Assembly: GCA_964496095.1 (NCBI GenBank)
Contig: CAZBWU010000005.1
Location: forward strand, 19,704-83,703
From: an uncultured Gammaproteobacteria bacterium
GTDB lineage: Bacteria > Patescibacteriota > Patescibacteriia > Magasanikbacterales > GWA2-37-8
Direction: 5' to 3'
DNA: 64,000 bases
Shown one piece after another: positions 1 through 10,558 of the stretch (its first letter is position 1; the number at the start of each line of letters is the position of its first letter). A model generated the notes under the pieces. It was not told the origin of the DNA. It did no database searches and saw only the letters and a program-made list of their open reading frames with translations. The position numbers and the translations under genes were made by a program.

Positions 1-20
1 CACACTTTGGTGCGCAAGCG

Positions 21-620
21 GTGCAAGTTTTAAATACTCAAGTTTTTTCTAGTGGAGAGAATAAATTTAATGTAGTGGCTGAGCTGGTCAATCCAAACAA
101 ACAGTTTTTGGTTAAGTTCAATTATTATTTTATCGTGAATGATAAAAAAACATCTGCGCAAGCAGGATTCTTGCTTCCAGGCGAGACTAGGCCTGTGGCT
201 GAATTGGGCTTGGCTGATGGTGTTGGTGCTACACCAACCATAGTGTTGGAGAATATAAAATATGAAAGGATTAATAATCGCATGACTCCAGACCCAATGG
301 GCTGGCAAGCTTATAGATTGAATTTTCAAGTGAGTGATTTTGTTTTCTTGAAATCTTTGGCGCAAGAAGGGAATAATGCCGATGCCATTCAATTTAAATT
401 AACCAATGGTAGCCCGTATAGTTATGTGGCTCCGGATTTTTATGTGGCTTTATTGCAAAATGATCAGATGGTTGGTATCCTGCCTTTACATTTAGATTCT
501 ATAAATTCTTTGGAAACAAAAAACATTGACCTTCGCAGTTTGTTGCCGGGGTTAAATGTTAGTGCCATTTCTGTCTATCCGCTGATCAATGTCTATGATA
601 GCGGTGTGTATGTCCCTTAA
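21..620 (+). CDS. hypothetical protein; GTG start at 21 and the frame is open to window position 1, so it may be 5'-truncated
   Basis: 199-aa ORF with no recognisable motifs. No stop in frame upstream of 21. Confidence 0.35.
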   Translation: MQVLNTQVFSSGENKFNVVAELVNPNKQFLVKFNYYFIVNDKKTSAQAGFLLPGETRPVAELGLADGVGATPTIVLENIKYERINNRMTPDPMGWQAYRLNFQVSDFVFLKSLAQEGNNADAIQFKLTNGSPYSYVAPDFYVALLQNDQMVGILPLHLDSINSLETKNIDLRSLLPGLNVSAISVYPLINVYDSGVYVP

Positions 621-626
621 TATAAC

Positions 627-779
627 TGTCATCCCGAGGGATCTCTGTCTCAATTGTCATTCCCGCAACAGCGGGAATCCAGATAATTTAATTGTGTATT
701 TGATCCCCGATCAGGTCGGGTATAACAACGACTGAACGGGACAGAGATTCCTCACCCCGTAAAGGGTTCGGAATGACAA
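627..779. repeat. MITE-like palindromic repeat, copy A (TGTCATCCCGAG...CGGAATGACAA), with a nested inner palindrome TGTCATTCCCGCAACAGCGGGAATC
   Basis: Shares termini and the GGGATCTCTGTC/GACAGAGATTCC core with the copies at 16628, 18927, 53089. Intergenic, no coding capacity. Ends 10 nt before the SEDS gene start. Confidence 0.7.
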
Positions 780-788
780 ATAAAAATT

Positions 789-1883
789 ATGTTCAATTTT
801 GGTAAACTATCACCCCGAACTTTTGATTGGCAGATTTTTATCTGTATAGTTTTTTTGGTTATGATTGGTTTGGTATCTGTTTATAGTGTGGACCTTTCTC
901 GTGGTTCTGAACTTTTTTATTTTAAAAAACAATTATTATCTTTTGGGATTGGTCTGGGGCTTTTTTTTACTGCTAGTCTCAGTCAACATAATCTGTGGCG
1001 CTACTTGGCCAAGTGGTGGTATTTATTTTCTGCGCTTTTACTTTTGGCGGTATTATTTTTGGGTGAGGTTATTAGAGGTACCAGAGGCTGGTTTTCTGTC
1101 GCCGGGTTTTCTTTTCAGCCAGTGGAGATGGCAAAGATCGGACTTATTTTAATGCTTGCCTATATTATTTCTCGTTTTGGTCGCAGGTTTGACCGGCCGT
1201 TATTCTTTTTTGGTACGGGTCTTGTCACTCTGGTTTTGATTGGTCTGGTAATGTTACAGCCAGATTTAGGTTCTGCTTTTTTGTTGGGCGCTATTTGGTT
1301 GGGAATGGTTTGGGCAGTCGGAGCTCGTCGCCTATATTTAGGTGGATTAGTAGTAGCTATGGCAGTATTAGCCGTTGTTGGTTGGTTTTTTTTCTTACAA
1401 GATTATCAAAAAGATCGTCTAGCAAATTTCATTGATCCTGGTCGGGATCCTTTTAATAGTGGTTACAATGTTGCTCAATCAGCGATTGCAATTGGGGCTG
1501 GTCAATTATTTGGTCGGGGGTTAGGTTTTGGTTCGCAGAGTCAGTTGCGATTTTTACCAGAAGCCCAGACAGACTTTGTTTTTTCGGTGATTGGCGAAGA
1601 GCTTGGTTTGGCTGGTGTGCTCGTAATGCTGGTTTTATTTGGTATTTTGTTTTGGCGATTTTTATTGATAATCAGAAAATCTAACGATGATTTTGTGGCT
1701 ACAGCTGCCACCGGTATCTTAATCCTGTTTTTTGTGCAGTTGCTTACTAATGTTGGGGCCAATCTTGGCCTTTTGCCTATCACTGGTGTCACCCTGCCAT
1801 TTGTCAGCTACGGGGGCTCTTCTTTGGTTATAAACCTACTCCTGGTGGGTATTTTGGAGAGTATGATCGTGAAGAATTATTGA
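789..1883 (+). CDS. SEDS-family peptidoglycan glycosyltransferase (FtsW/RodA)
   Basis: Multi-TM protein with PDLGSAFLL and the C-terminal LPFVSYGGSSLV motif typical of FtsW/RodA/SpoVE. Confidence 0.85.
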   Translation: MFNFGKLSPRTFDWQIFICIVFLVMIGLVSVYSVDLSRGSELFYFKKQLLSFGIGLGLFFTASLSQHNLWRYLAKWWYLFSALLLLAVLFLGEVIRGTRGWFSVAGFSFQPVEMAKIGLILMLAYIISRFGRRFDRPLFFFGTGLVTLVLIGLVMLQPDLGSAFLLGAIWLGMVWAVGARRLYLGGLVVAMAVLAVVGWFFFLQDYQKDRLANFIDPGRDPFNSGYNVAQSAIAIGAGQLFGRGLGFGSQSQLRFLPEAQTDFVFSVIGEELGLAGVLVMLVLFGILFWRFLLIIRKSNDDFVATAATGILILFFVQLLTNVGANLGLLPITGVTLPFVSYGGSSLVINLLLVGILESMIVKNY

Positions 1884-1945
1884 TTAGGATAGGTGGGGTT
1901 GACATTTTTTGCAAAATCCTTTAGTATTAGTCCATACAAAAATAT

Positions 1946-2302
1946 ATGTTAGAAAAAGATGGCAAGTCAGATTCTTGGAAAAAAACCTTAAAATTTATCA
2001 GTAATTGCCCAGTCTGCAAAACGGAATATAAACCGGAAGCGGTGAAATTGCTGAACAATGAAAATAATACCCAAAGTCATTTGGGACAGGATGAGTCTAG
2101 ATTTGTGCATTTTACCTGCCATAATTGTAAAACCAATTTTATGGCCATGGTGATGATGATCTCAAAAGGCATCAGCACTGTCGGTATGATTACAGATTTA
2201 AATTTTTCCGATGTTGAGAGGTTATACAAAATGCCACCATTAACAGTAGATGAATTAATAGAAGCAAGACAATTTATAAACAGTAAAAATTTTAAGTTAT
2301 AA
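1946..2302 (+). CDS. small zinc-ribbon-like protein (two CxxC pairs)
   Basis: CPVCKTEY...CHNCKTNF. No family recognised. Confidence 0.4.
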   Translation: MLEKDGKSDSWKKTLKFISNCPVCKTEYKPEAVKLLNNENNTQSHLGQDESRFVHFTCHNCKTNFMAMVMMISKGISTVGMITDLNFSDVERLYKMPPLTVDELIEARQFINSKNFKL

Positions 2303-2306
2303 GTAT

Positions 2307-3020
2307 ATGTCATTTAAACTATCAGCCACCACCCGCAATGTTAAAGGAGAAAAAATCAGAACCAGAACTGCTATTCCGGCTGTTGTTTATGGTATGGGCG
2401 GAAAAGCAACTTCAATCACAATTGGTTACGAAGATTTTGCGAAATTATATCGCGAAGCTGGTGAAGCTAGTTTGATTGATTTGTTTTTGGATGATAAAGA
2501 AGATGGTAAAGTTTTGATTCAAGACATTGCTTACGATCCAGTAAGTGACTTGATGACTCATGCTGATTTGCGCAGAATTGATATGAATAAGACTTTGACT
2601 GCGACTGTGGAGTTGCGATTCATTGGCGAAGCTTCAGTTATTAAGGAACAAGGCGGAACTTTGATGCGCAATCTTACTGAAGTTGAGGTACAATGTTTAC
2701 CAAAGGATTTGATTTCCCATATTGATGTTGATATTTCTGTTCTTAAGACTTTTGATGATTTAATTAAAGTACAAGATTTGCCAGTCCCATCTACTGTTAC
2801 TATTACAAGTCCTAATGCAGAAGATTTGGTAGCCAAAGCCACTCCAGCTATGAGTGAAGAAGAGATGAAGGCTTTGGAAGCGGTAGCTGCTCCAGTTGAC
2901 TTGAGTAAGATTGAATCTGCTGGCAAGAAGAAAGAAGAGGGTGAAGAAGGCGATGAAGCAGAAGCTGGCGCACCTGCTAAAGGCGCTGCCCCTGCTGGTA
3001 AAGATGAGGCTAAGAAATAA
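2307..3020 (+). CDS. rplY: 50S ribosomal protein L25 / general stress protein Ctc with a lysine/glutamate-rich C-terminal tail
   Basis: N-terminus MSFKL..TRNVKGEKIRTRTAIPAVVYG...ITIGYEDF matches the L25/Ctc N-terminal fold. Acidic/lysine tail. Confidence 0.8.
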   Translation: MSFKLSATTRNVKGEKIRTRTAIPAVVYGMGGKATSITIGYEDFAKLYREAGEASLIDLFLDDKEDGKVLIQDIAYDPVSDLMTHADLRRIDMNKTLTATVELRFIGEASVIKEQGGTLMRNLTEVEVQCLPKDLISHIDVDISVLKTFDDLIKVQDLPVPSTVTITSPNAEDLVAKATPAMSEEEMKALEAVAAPVDLSKIESAGKKKEEGEEGDEAEAGAPAKGAAPAGKDEAKK

Positions 3021-3054
3021 AGTTATATATCTAACAACTTTCATTAAATTAAAA

Positions 3055-3086
3055 AACAGGCTACAATGTAAAGAGCCTGTTTTTTA
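3055..3086 (+). terminator. rho-independent terminator after rplY
   Basis: Hairpin CAGGCTACAATGTAAAGAGCCTG followed by TTTTTT. Confidence 0.6.
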
Positions 3087-3101
3087 ATTATTATTAAGTC
3101 T

Positions 3102-4148
3102 ATGCCAAAAAATTATAAACTACTTTCACTGATAGCCGGCCTGCTTACTTTGTCTTGTTTTTTAATTGGTTATTTTATTGTGGGTTATTTTTCTCTTATT
3201 CAATTTTCTCAGGCTATGGCTGATAATGATTTTCTTGTTAGCGCCAAAAGGTATACTAATAGTCTAGATGGACAAGTAGTAAAAACCAAAAATGAAACAG
3301 TTTCGGCTGTGGTAGGGATAATGATTGAAACTCACCCAGATGCCCGTCCAATGATTGGATTCTCCAAAGCCAAGATTGTTTATGAAGCTCCGGTAGAAGG
3401 AAGCTTTACTCGTTATCTAGCCATTTTTGATAGCAAACAAAATGTGCCAAAAATTGGACCAGTGCGTAGTGCTCGGCCATACTTTATAGATTGGTTGCAA
3501 GAATATGGCGCTGGGCTATATATGCATTCAGGTGGTTCGCCAGAGGCTTTGAGTTTAATAAAATCTAGAAATATTTTTGATGCCAATGAATTTTATTGGG
3601 GCCAGTATTATTGGCGTGACCAAGTGAGATTTGCTCCGCACAATCTGTATACAAGTAGTGATAATTGGAGGAAAATTTTGGATAAGTATGGCAATAACAA
3701 AGAACAATTTGGTCCGGCCAAGGCTTGGAAATATACAGCTATCGTGGGTAAGACGATTGCCAGTGACAGTAAGTTAAGTATTGATTTTAATTCAAGCTAT
3801 GGCGTGATGTGGAATTATGATTCGAAGTCCTTGCTTTATGTTCGCAGTGTCAATGGCAACAAAGAAAAAGATGCCGATGGTGCCGGAGTTTTTGCTCGAA
3901 ATGTGATTGTGCAATTTACCGATGTACAGCTAATTGCTGGTGATGATAGTGGTAGAAGAACTGTTCAGACTCTTGGTGGTGGTAAAGCTATGGTTTTAAA
4001 AAAAGGAAGTATTATTAATGGAACTTGGGAGAAGAAAACTTTGACTGACCGTACTAGGTTTTATGATAAAAATCACAGAGAAATTTTACTCGCCCCGGGT
4101 AATACTTGGGTAGAAGTAGTGCCAAATGAGGCCAAAATTTCAGGTTAG
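3102..4148 (+). CDS. exported/membrane-anchored hypothetical protein, possibly DUF3048-like
   Basis: N-terminal TM/signal segment. Family assignment is from memory of DUF3048 proteins common in small-genome bacteria and is low confidence. Confidence 0.45.
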   Translation: MPKNYKLLSLIAGLLTLSCFLIGYFIVGYFSLIQFSQAMADNDFLVSAKRYTNSLDGQVVKTKNETVSAVVGIMIETHPDARPMIGFSKAKIVYEAPVEGSFTRYLAIFDSKQNVPKIGPVRSARPYFIDWLQEYGAGLYMHSGGSPEALSLIKSRNIFDANEFYWGQYYWRDQVRFAPHNLYTSSDNWRKILDKYGNNKEQFGPAKAWKYTAIVGKTIASDSKLSIDFNSSYGVMWNYDSKSLLYVRSVNGNKEKDADGAGVFARNVIVQFTDVQLIAGDDSGRRTVQTLGGGKAMVLKKGSIINGTWEKKTLTDRTRFYDKNHREILLAPGNTWVEVVPNEAKISG

Positions 4149-4993
4149 TCCTTCGTTATTTTAACTAGCCTGTCTAGTCCCGCCAAGTCTTTTTTTATTT
4201 CTATTTTTGCACCAGGTAATATTTGTGCAATTAAGTTTGAGATGGTTTTTGTTTGGGAGGGGTCTATCTCTAAAAGAAGGAGTAGGTTGTGGGGAGGGGG
4301 TAGTAATTTTATTTGTTTTAATAATTCTTCGTATAGGGTTAGGCCTTGTTTGTTTGCTACCAGTGCATTTTTTGGTTCTTTTTGAATAGACGGTTCGTTT
4401 TGAAATTGTTGTTCGGTGATGTAGGGAAGATTGGCACTTATAATAAGCTGATTAGCTTGCAGGTTGTAGTTTTTTAGAATTGGTTCAAGTAAATTGCCTT
4501 GTAAAAAATTTATTTTTACCTCATGTGTTTTTGCATTTTTTTTGGCTACTTGTAGAGCTGGTTTAGATATATCAATCGCAAAAGTTTGGGTAGGTTCTTT
4601 TATATTTTTCAAAATTGAAATTGGAATACAGCCACTGCCTGTGCCAACGTCAATTAAAATATTCTTTTCGTTTTTTGTTTTTAATTCGTTATTCAAAATG
4701 CTTACAACTTCTTCTACCATCATTTCTGTTTCTGGGCGGGGGATTAAGACTTTTTTATTCACAAAAAAATCAAGGCCATAGAATTCTTTGTGGCCAATAA
4801 TAACAGCGACAGAGTAGCCTTTTTTTCGCAGATAAATAAAGTATGCTAAAGAGATCTTTTCTAAAAAAGATAGACTGTATTCTGGATGTATAAGTATGAA
4901 GTTCTTTGGTTTGTGAATGCTTTTGGCAAGGAGAAGTTCTAGGTCTAAGTTGTCTAGAGAGCTATATTTTTTTTGTAATTCACGAATGGTCAT
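4145..4993 (-). CDS. prmC: release-factor glutamine N5-methyltransferase PrmC/HemK
   Basis: EFYGLDFFVNKKVLIPRPETE, VGTGSGCI (SAM motif I), NLPY (NPPY-like). Lies immediately downstream of prfA on the - strand. Confidence 0.85.
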   Translation of the reverse strand: MTIRELQKKYSSLDNLDLELLLAKSIHKPKNFILIHPEYSLSFLEKISLAYFIYLRKKGYSVAVIIGHKEFYGLDFFVNKKVLIPRPETEMMVEEVVSILNNELKTKNEKNILIDVGTGSGCIPISILKNIKEPTQTFAIDISKPALQVAKKNAKTHEVKINFLQGNLLEPILKNYNLQANQLIISANLPYITEQQFQNEPSIQKEPKNALVANKQGLTLYEELLKQIKLLPPPHNLLLLLEIDPSQTKTISNLIAQILPGAKIEIKKDLAGLDRLVKITKD

Positions 4994-5001
4994 AACCCGG
5001 T

Positions 5002-6084
5002 TTATTCGTCATCGTCTTCTGCACCAGCGCTATCAAAGCCTTCGGCTTCAGCCTTGCGAACAGCTTCAATGATTGGTTCCAATTCGCCATTTAAAATTCT
5101 AGGAATACTGTTCCAGTTCTGGTGGATACGATGATCAGTGATGCGATCCTGAGGGAAATTATAAGTACGGATTTTTTCACTGCGATCGCCAGTACCGATC
5201 TGAGATCTGCGTTTTTCAGTAATTGCTTTCATTTTTTCTTCACGTTCGGCTGCGTAGATACGGGCGCGAAGCACGGCCATGGCTTTTTCTTTGTTCGCAG
5301 CTTGAGAGCGTTCGTCTTGGCACTGAACCATTATGTTTGTTGGAATATGGATAATACGCACAGCCGAGTAGGTAGTGTTAACACTTTGACCACCGGCGCC
5401 ACCAGCACAGAAGGTGTCAATGCGTAAATCTTTAGCTTCAATTTTTATTTCAGTTTCTTCGATTTCTGGAAGTACGGCCACGGTAATAGTGGAAGTATGA
5501 ATACGTCCGGCTTTTTCGGTGTCAGGCACTCTTTGGACTCTGTGCACACCCATTTCGTATTTGAGATCTTTGTAAACATTTTTACCTTTGATAGAAAAAA
5601 TAACTTCTTTAAAACCGCCGATACCAATACGGTTAACATCAAGCATTTCGGTTTTCCAACGTCTATTTTCAGCGTAGTGGCAATACATGCGATATACTTC
5701 GGCTGCAAACAAAGCGGATTCATCTCCGCCCACACCGGCTCTGATTTCCATAATCACACTTTTTTTATCAAATGGATCTTGGGGTCTAGTCATTTCGTCT
5801 AGTTCTTTTTCAAGTGATGCTTTTTTGGTTTCCAAATCCGGTAGTTCGGCTTTGGCCATTTCTTTCATTTGTTCGTCTGTTTCATTATCTATAATTGACT
5901 GAGTTTCTGACAGGGCTTTTTCTATTGTGGCTAGTTCATTAATTTTTTCAGCTACGGGCTTGAGTTCGGTATATTCTTGAGATATCTCCTTTATTTTTTT
6001 AGGGTCATTAAGCACAGCCGGATTTTGTAAATCAGCTTCAAGTTGCTGGAATCTATTTTGAGCGTCTATGTATTTTTTTTGCAT
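5002..6084 (-). CDS. prfA: peptide chain release factor 1 with an acidic C-terminal tail
   Basis: GGQSVNTT motif. RF1-type P-x-T tripeptide (PDT) in RVQRVPDTE. Confidence 0.9.
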   Translation of the reverse strand: MQKKYIDAQNRFQQLEADLQNPAVLNDPKKIKEISQEYTELKPVAEKINELATIEKALSETQSIIDNETDEQMKEMAKAELPDLETKKASLEKELDEMTRPQDPFDKKSVIMEIRAGVGGDESALFAAEVYRMYCHYAENRRWKTEMLDVNRIGIGGFKEVIFSIKGKNVYKDLKYEMGVHRVQRVPDTEKAGRIHTSTITVAVLPEIEETEIKIEAKDLRIDTFCAGGAGGQSVNTTYSAVRIIHIPTNIMVQCQDERSQAANKEKAMAVLRARIYAAEREEKMKAITEKRRSQIGTGDRSEKIRTYNFPQDRITDHRIHQNWNSIPRILNGELEPIIEAVRKAEAEGFDSAGAEDDDE

Positions 6085-6097
6085 ATTTTTTTGTTAT

Positions 6098-6195
6098 CCC
6101 CTCCTTTCCAAGGAGGGGTAGGGGTGGTTTGCCGAAGTCGCAGTAACGGCAACCACCCCGACCATAAATGGTCGCCCCTCCTTGGAAAGGAGGGG
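6098..6195. repeat. compound palindromic element (four nested hairpins) between rpmE and prfA
   Basis: CCCCTCCTTTCCAAGGAGGGG ... GGGGTGGTTTGCCG/CGGCAACCACCCC ... GACCATAAATGGTC ... CCCCTCCTTGGAAAGGAGGGG. The two end hairpins are exact reverse complements of each other. Confidence 0.6.
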
Positions 6196-6282
6196 ATGCC
6201 GGACAGCTCCCCATTTATACAACTTATTAAAAAAACAGACTAAATCAAAAGTATTATAGTCTGTTTTTAGAAATTTTTATAG

Positions 6283-6579
6283 CTAAGCCTTTTTGTCAGC
6301 AGCTTTCTTTGCAGATTTTTTGTCAGCCGCTCTAGCCTTTTTTACTTTTTGGCCTTTGCGAACAGCAGCCGCGCCTGTTTGTTTGTCAGTGCGTTCTTGG
6401 AATTTCTCTACACGTCTAGCTGTGTCAACAAACTTTTGTTTGCCGGTATAAAAAGGATGACACTTGTTGCAAAGTTCCACGCGGATGGTTTTGAGGGTAC
6501 TTCCAGTGATAAATTTGTTACCACAAGCACAGATTACTTCTGTATCATTGTTATATTGTGGGTGGATATCTTTCTGCAT
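6283..6579 (-). CDS. rpmE: 50S ribosomal protein L31 with a lysine/alanine-rich C-terminal extension
   Basis: MQKDIHPQY...CxC...[10 protein letters not shown] zinc-ribbon L31 signature. Confidence 0.85.
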   Translation of the reverse strand: MQKDIHPQYNNDTEVICACGNKFITGSTLKTIRVELCNKCHPFYTGKQKFVDTARRVEKFQERTDKQTGAAAVRKGQKVKKARAADKKSAKKAADKKA

Positions 6580-6631
6580 AAGTTTGAAAAAAGTTTTAAT
6601 AATGGTATTATGTTAGCATAATATTTAAAGA

Positions 6632-7237
6632 ATGTCAACTATGAATACCTATAAACGAGATATTGAGTTTCTGTTTGAAGTTGGCTCGATGCGTAATATG
6701 CAAAGAGGTTGGCGACAGCACCTGGCTATGGATTGTGCTAATGACTTAGAGCATACTTATAGAGTCCTTTGGCTAGCCCTAATCATTGCTCGTCATGAAG
6801 GCGTTTCTAATGAGGAAAAAATAATGAAAATGGCTTTAGTTCATGATGTGGCGGAAACCAGGGTAAGCGATTTGAGCTATGTACAGAAAGTTTATGTTGA
6901 GGCTGATGAAAAACGAGCTGGTTTCGATATGTTTCAGGCCACATGTTTAGAGGATTTGTTTAGTAGTACACTTCTCGATTATGAGAAGCGTGATTCAATT
7001 GAAGCAAAAATTGTAAAAGATGCTGATAATTTAGATATTGATTTTGAGTTAAAAGAAATGGCTGAACGTGGCTCAAAGCTACCAGAAAAATGGCAAGGAT
7101 TTAGAGAAATGATAAGAAAGGAAAAACTATATACAGATTCGGCCAAAGAATTGTGGGATTTATTACAGAAAGTTGATGTGGCTGATTGGCATATGACTGC
7201 CAATAAATGGATAAAAATCCCTAAGGCAGGACTTTAA
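6632..7237 (+). CDS. HD-domain phosphohydrolase
   Basis: H...HD motif (ALVHDVAETRVSD), YfbR-like 5'-nucleotidase fold. Confidence 0.65.
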   Translation: MSTMNTYKRDIEFLFEVGSMRNMQRGWRQHLAMDCANDLEHTYRVLWLALIIARHEGVSNEEKIMKMALVHDVAETRVSDLSYVQKVYVEADEKRAGFDMFQATCLEDLFSSTLLDYEKRDSIEAKIVKDADNLDIDFELKEMAERGSKLPEKWQGFREMIRKEKLYTDSAKELWDLLQKVDVADWHMTANKWIKIPKAGL

Positions 7238-7357
7238 CTATTGACTAATCTCGGTCATTCCTATATAATCCACCCATCTTAATTAACTCTCGCCAGCTAT
7301 CTTTTTCCTCCCTTGGACCACTCCGGGGCAAGGCTGGGAGGCAATAATAAGGAAAAT

Positions 7358-8173
7358 ATGTCTAGAAAAATGCCAACATTGTTGGAAATGTTGAAGGCCG
7401 GTGTTCATTTCGGCCATCAAAAATCACGCTGGCACCCCAAGATGGAACAGTTCATCTTTGGTGTTCGCAACGGAGTTCACATTATCGACTTAGAAAAAAC
7501 TCAAGCTCAACTTGAGAAAGCTTTGGATTATACTCGTAACTTGGCCAGCAAAGGTCAGGTAATTTTATTTGTGGGCACAAAACGTCAAGCTCGCGAAGCC
7601 ATCAAAGAAGCTGCTCTATCCTGCGAAATGCCATATTTGGTAGAACGCTGGATTGGTGGACTTCTCACAAACTTCGAAGAAGTAAAACGTCGTTTGAAGA
7701 AATATAAAAATTTGAAAGAACAATTTGCTAGCGGAGAAATTGAGAAGTATACTAAGAAAGAGCAAGTTGTCATGAAAAAACAATTAGAAAAGTTAGATAA
7801 ATATCTTATCGGTTTAACTGCTTTGGAAAGATTGCCAGACGCAGTCTATATTGCCGATATGAGAACCGAAAAAACCGCTTTGGCTGAAACAGAAAGAACT
7901 GAAGTGCCAACCGTAGCTGTTTGCGATACCAACACCAACCCAAATAAAGTTAACTACCCAATTCCTGCTAATGATGATGCGGTTAACTCTATCAAATTGA
8001 TTGCCGACCTTATGGCCGAAGCAGTCAACGAAGGTAGAAAAGAATTTGAAAAGAAAAAACTTGAGAAAGCTAAAGAAGAACCAGCTGTAAAACAAAAAGC
8101 TGCTCAAGAAAAAGAAGAAGCTCCTGCTAGTTCTACAACTAGAAGAGCTCTTAAAAAAGATACTTCTATTTAA
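7358..8173 (+). CDS. rpsB: 30S ribosomal protein S2
   Basis: MLKAGVHFGHQKSRWHPKM... conserved S2 N-terminus. Start chosen at the internal ATG (the ORF track starts at 7313). Confidence 0.9.
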   Translation: MSRKMPTLLEMLKAGVHFGHQKSRWHPKMEQFIFGVRNGVHIIDLEKTQAQLEKALDYTRNLASKGQVILFVGTKRQAREAIKEAALSCEMPYLVERWIGGLLTNFEEVKRRLKKYKNLKEQFASGEIEKYTKKEQVVMKKQLEKLDKYLIGLTALERLPDAVYIADMRTEKTALAETERTEVPTVAVCDTNTNPNKVNYPIPANDDAVNSIKLIADLMAEAVNEGRKEFEKKKLEKAKEEPAVKQKAAQEKEEAPASSTTRRALKKDTSI

Positions 8174-8279
8174 GAATTGCACGAATGTCCTGCCAGACCA
8201 CGAATTCTACAAATTTATTTGTCTGATTCATGGGGCTCAAGCCCATTCGTATTTATTCATCAAATCAAATTAAAAACAT

Positions 8280-9152
8280 ATGTCAATTACAGCCTCAGAC
8301 GTAGCCAAACTCCGATCCCTTACCGGCGCAGGTATGATGGATTGCAAAAAAGCACTGGACGAAGCTGAAGGGGATATGGAAAAGGCTGGAGAAATTTTAC
8401 GTAAAAAAGGTATTATTAAGGCTGCAAAAAGAACAGATAAGGTAGCGGCTGAAGGTACAACCTTGGTAAAAGTAAGCGGTGATACAGCCGTTGTTGTAGA
8501 AGTAAACTCCGAAACAGATTTTGTTGCTCAAAACGAAGACTTCAAGAAATTGGTTGGTGATTTTGCTAGCGCTTTACTAGCTGAAAAACCAGCGAGTGTT
8601 GAGGCAGCAATGAGTGTGGTTTTTGAAGGACAGTCTTTGCAAGATCGCCTAAATAATCTCACTGCCAAAATAGGTGAGAAAATTTCTTTGCGTCGTTTTG
8701 AAGTAGTAGAAAAAACTTCTAGTGATGCCTTTGGTTCTTACTCACACTTGGGTGGAAAAATTTCTGTTTTGATTTTACTGCAAAATACTACTGATGCAAA
8801 CTTGGCTACGGATGTGGCAATGCATGCTGCGGCCAGCAATCCAAAATATGTCAGTCGTGATGAAGTTTCTGCCGAGCTTGTTGAAAAAGAAAAAGAAATC
8901 TATACAGATCAACTTAAGCAACAAGGCAAGCCAGAAGCGGCTATTGCTAACATCTTAAAAGGTAAACTAGATAAATTTTATAGTGAAATTTGTCTATTAG
9001 AACAGCCTTTCATCAAAGATGAAGAAAAGACTATTCAAAAACTTGTTGGTGAAAGTGTGCAGGTAGCCAAGATGGTCCGATTTGAACTTGGTGATGGTAT
9101 TACCAAAGAAACAACAGATTTCGCTGCTGAAGTAGAAGCTCAATTGAAATAA
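8280..9152 (+). CDS. tsf: elongation factor Ts
   Basis: ITASDVAKLRSLTGAGMMDCKKAL UBA-like N-terminus. Sits in the classic rpsB-tsf arrangement. Confidence 0.9.
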   Translation: MSITASDVAKLRSLTGAGMMDCKKALDEAEGDMEKAGEILRKKGIIKAAKRTDKVAAEGTTLVKVSGDTAVVVEVNSETDFVAQNEDFKKLVGDFASALLAEKPASVEAAMSVVFEGQSLQDRLNNLTAKIGEKISLRRFEVVEKTSSDAFGSYSHLGGKISVLILLQNTTDANLATDVAMHAAASNPKYVSRDEVSAELVEKEKEIYTDQLKQQGKPEAAIANILKGKLDKFYSEICLLEQPFIKDEEKTIQKLVGESVQVAKMVRFELGDGITKETTDFAAEVEAQLK

Positions 9153-9174
9153 GAAAATACTCTAAAAAACAAAA

Positions 9175-9206
9175 ATACCCAGCCATTGTGCTGGGTATTT
9201 CTTTTT
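9175..9206 (+). terminator. rho-independent terminator after tsf
   Basis: ACCCAGCCATTGTGCTGGGT hairpin followed by a T-run. Confidence 0.55.
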
Positions 9207-9230
9207 GGTATACTCCTAACATAATTAAAA

Positions 9231-10517
9231 TTGATTTTTATGAACAAATTAGTTGTACAACGACAAAGAGTAGGACCGATCCTTGGCAGACATCCATGGG
9301 TATTTTCTGGTGCCTTGCAACATATTCCCGAAGGCTTAAAAAGTGGCGACGCCGTGATGCTTGTAAATGAAGAGGGAGCTTTTTTGGCTCATGGTTATTT
9401 TAATTCCTATTCACAAATTGCGGTACGTCTTTGGAGCTGGGATGAAAATGAAGTTATAGATGCTAAATTTTTTGAAAAGAGAATTGCGAGTGCTTATGCT
9501 ATCAGAAAAAATCTTGTTGCTAGCCCCAAAACAGACTCTTATCGTTTGGTATATAGTGAAAATGATTTGCTACCAGGACTTATAGTTGATAAATACGCAG
9601 ATTGTCTGGTCTTGCAGTTTCATACCCCAGGCATGGAAGCTTGGAAAGATCAGATTGTTGGCGCATTGAAAAAAATTGTTAAACCAAAAGGTATTTATGA
9701 AAGATCTGATGTGCGGGATCGGCAGCGTCATGTCATTGCGACGCCGAATAATTCGGCGGAAGCAATCCCATCGGATGGTAGTGCTAACAGTTGGATTGCC
9801 GCGTCGTCCCAAACCGTTGGGACTCCTCGCAATGACAAAACCGGCCTGTTATATGGCAAAGTCCCGGAAAGAATAAAAATATCCGAGAATGGTTATAAGT
9901 TTTGGGTAGATGTAATTGGTGGCCAAAAAACCGGATTTTTTCTTGATCAAAGAGATAAGCGTCAGGCGTTGACCAGATATGTCAAAGGCAAAACTGTTGT
10001 GAACTGCTTTTCTTATTCCGGCGGTTTTAGTGTTTATGCTTTGGGCGCTGGCGCCAAAAAAGTTATTAGCGTAGATGCTTCTGAAAGCGCTTTGGAACTA
10101 GCCGTAGCCAATGTAAAACTAAATAAATTTGATACCAAAAAATGCGAGTTTATCGCCGGGGACGTCAAACAATATTTGGCAGATGCTCAAGCTGAAAAGA
10201 AAAAGTTTGATGTGATAATTCTTGACCCACCAGCTTTTGTCAAAGATAGGCATAAGGTAGCCGAAGGTATGATAGGCTATAAAAAAATAAACGAAGCAGC
10301 TCTGCGAATTTTATCACCAGACGGTATTTTAGTCTCTGCTTCTTGTTCAGCTCATGTATCACTCCTTGATTTTCGGCATATGCTGACTGAGTCTGCTGGT
10401 CGCGCTCGCCGGACTTTGCAGGTGCTTGAGACCTATACGCACGGCATAGACCATCCCGAATTGACTGCTTTTACCGAAGGGGAGTACCTGAAGTGTTTGT
10501 TTGCAAAAGTAGCATAA
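9231..10517 (+). CDS. class I SAM-dependent 23S rRNA (m5C) methyltransferase, RlmI/RlmK-like, with an N-terminal PUA-like region
   Basis: PUA-type N-terminus. Rossmann methyltransferase core (VVNCFSYSGGFSV, IILDPPAF). Typical RlmI length. Confidence 0.65.
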   Translation: MIFMNKLVVQRQRVGPILGRHPWVFSGALQHIPEGLKSGDAVMLVNEEGAFLAHGYFNSYSQIAVRLWSWDENEVIDAKFFEKRIASAYAIRKNLVASPKTDSYRLVYSENDLLPGLIVDKYADCLVLQFHTPGMEAWKDQIVGALKKIVKPKGIYERSDVRDRQRHVIATPNNSAEAIPSDGSANSWIAASSQTVGTPRNDKTGLLYGKVPERIKISENGYKFWVDVIGGQKTGFFLDQRDKRQALTRYVKGKTVVNCFSYSGGFSVYALGAGAKKVISVDASESALELAVANVKLNKFDTKKCEFIAGDVKQYLADAQAEKKKFDVIILDPPAFVKDRHKVAEGMIGYKKINEAALRILSPDGILVSASCSAHVSLLDFRHMLTESAGRARRTLQVLETYTHGIDHPELTAFTEGEYLKCLFAKVA

Positions 10518-10558
10518 TTAGGATACAATTTTACTCAGTAGTCATAAAAATTTGTGAG

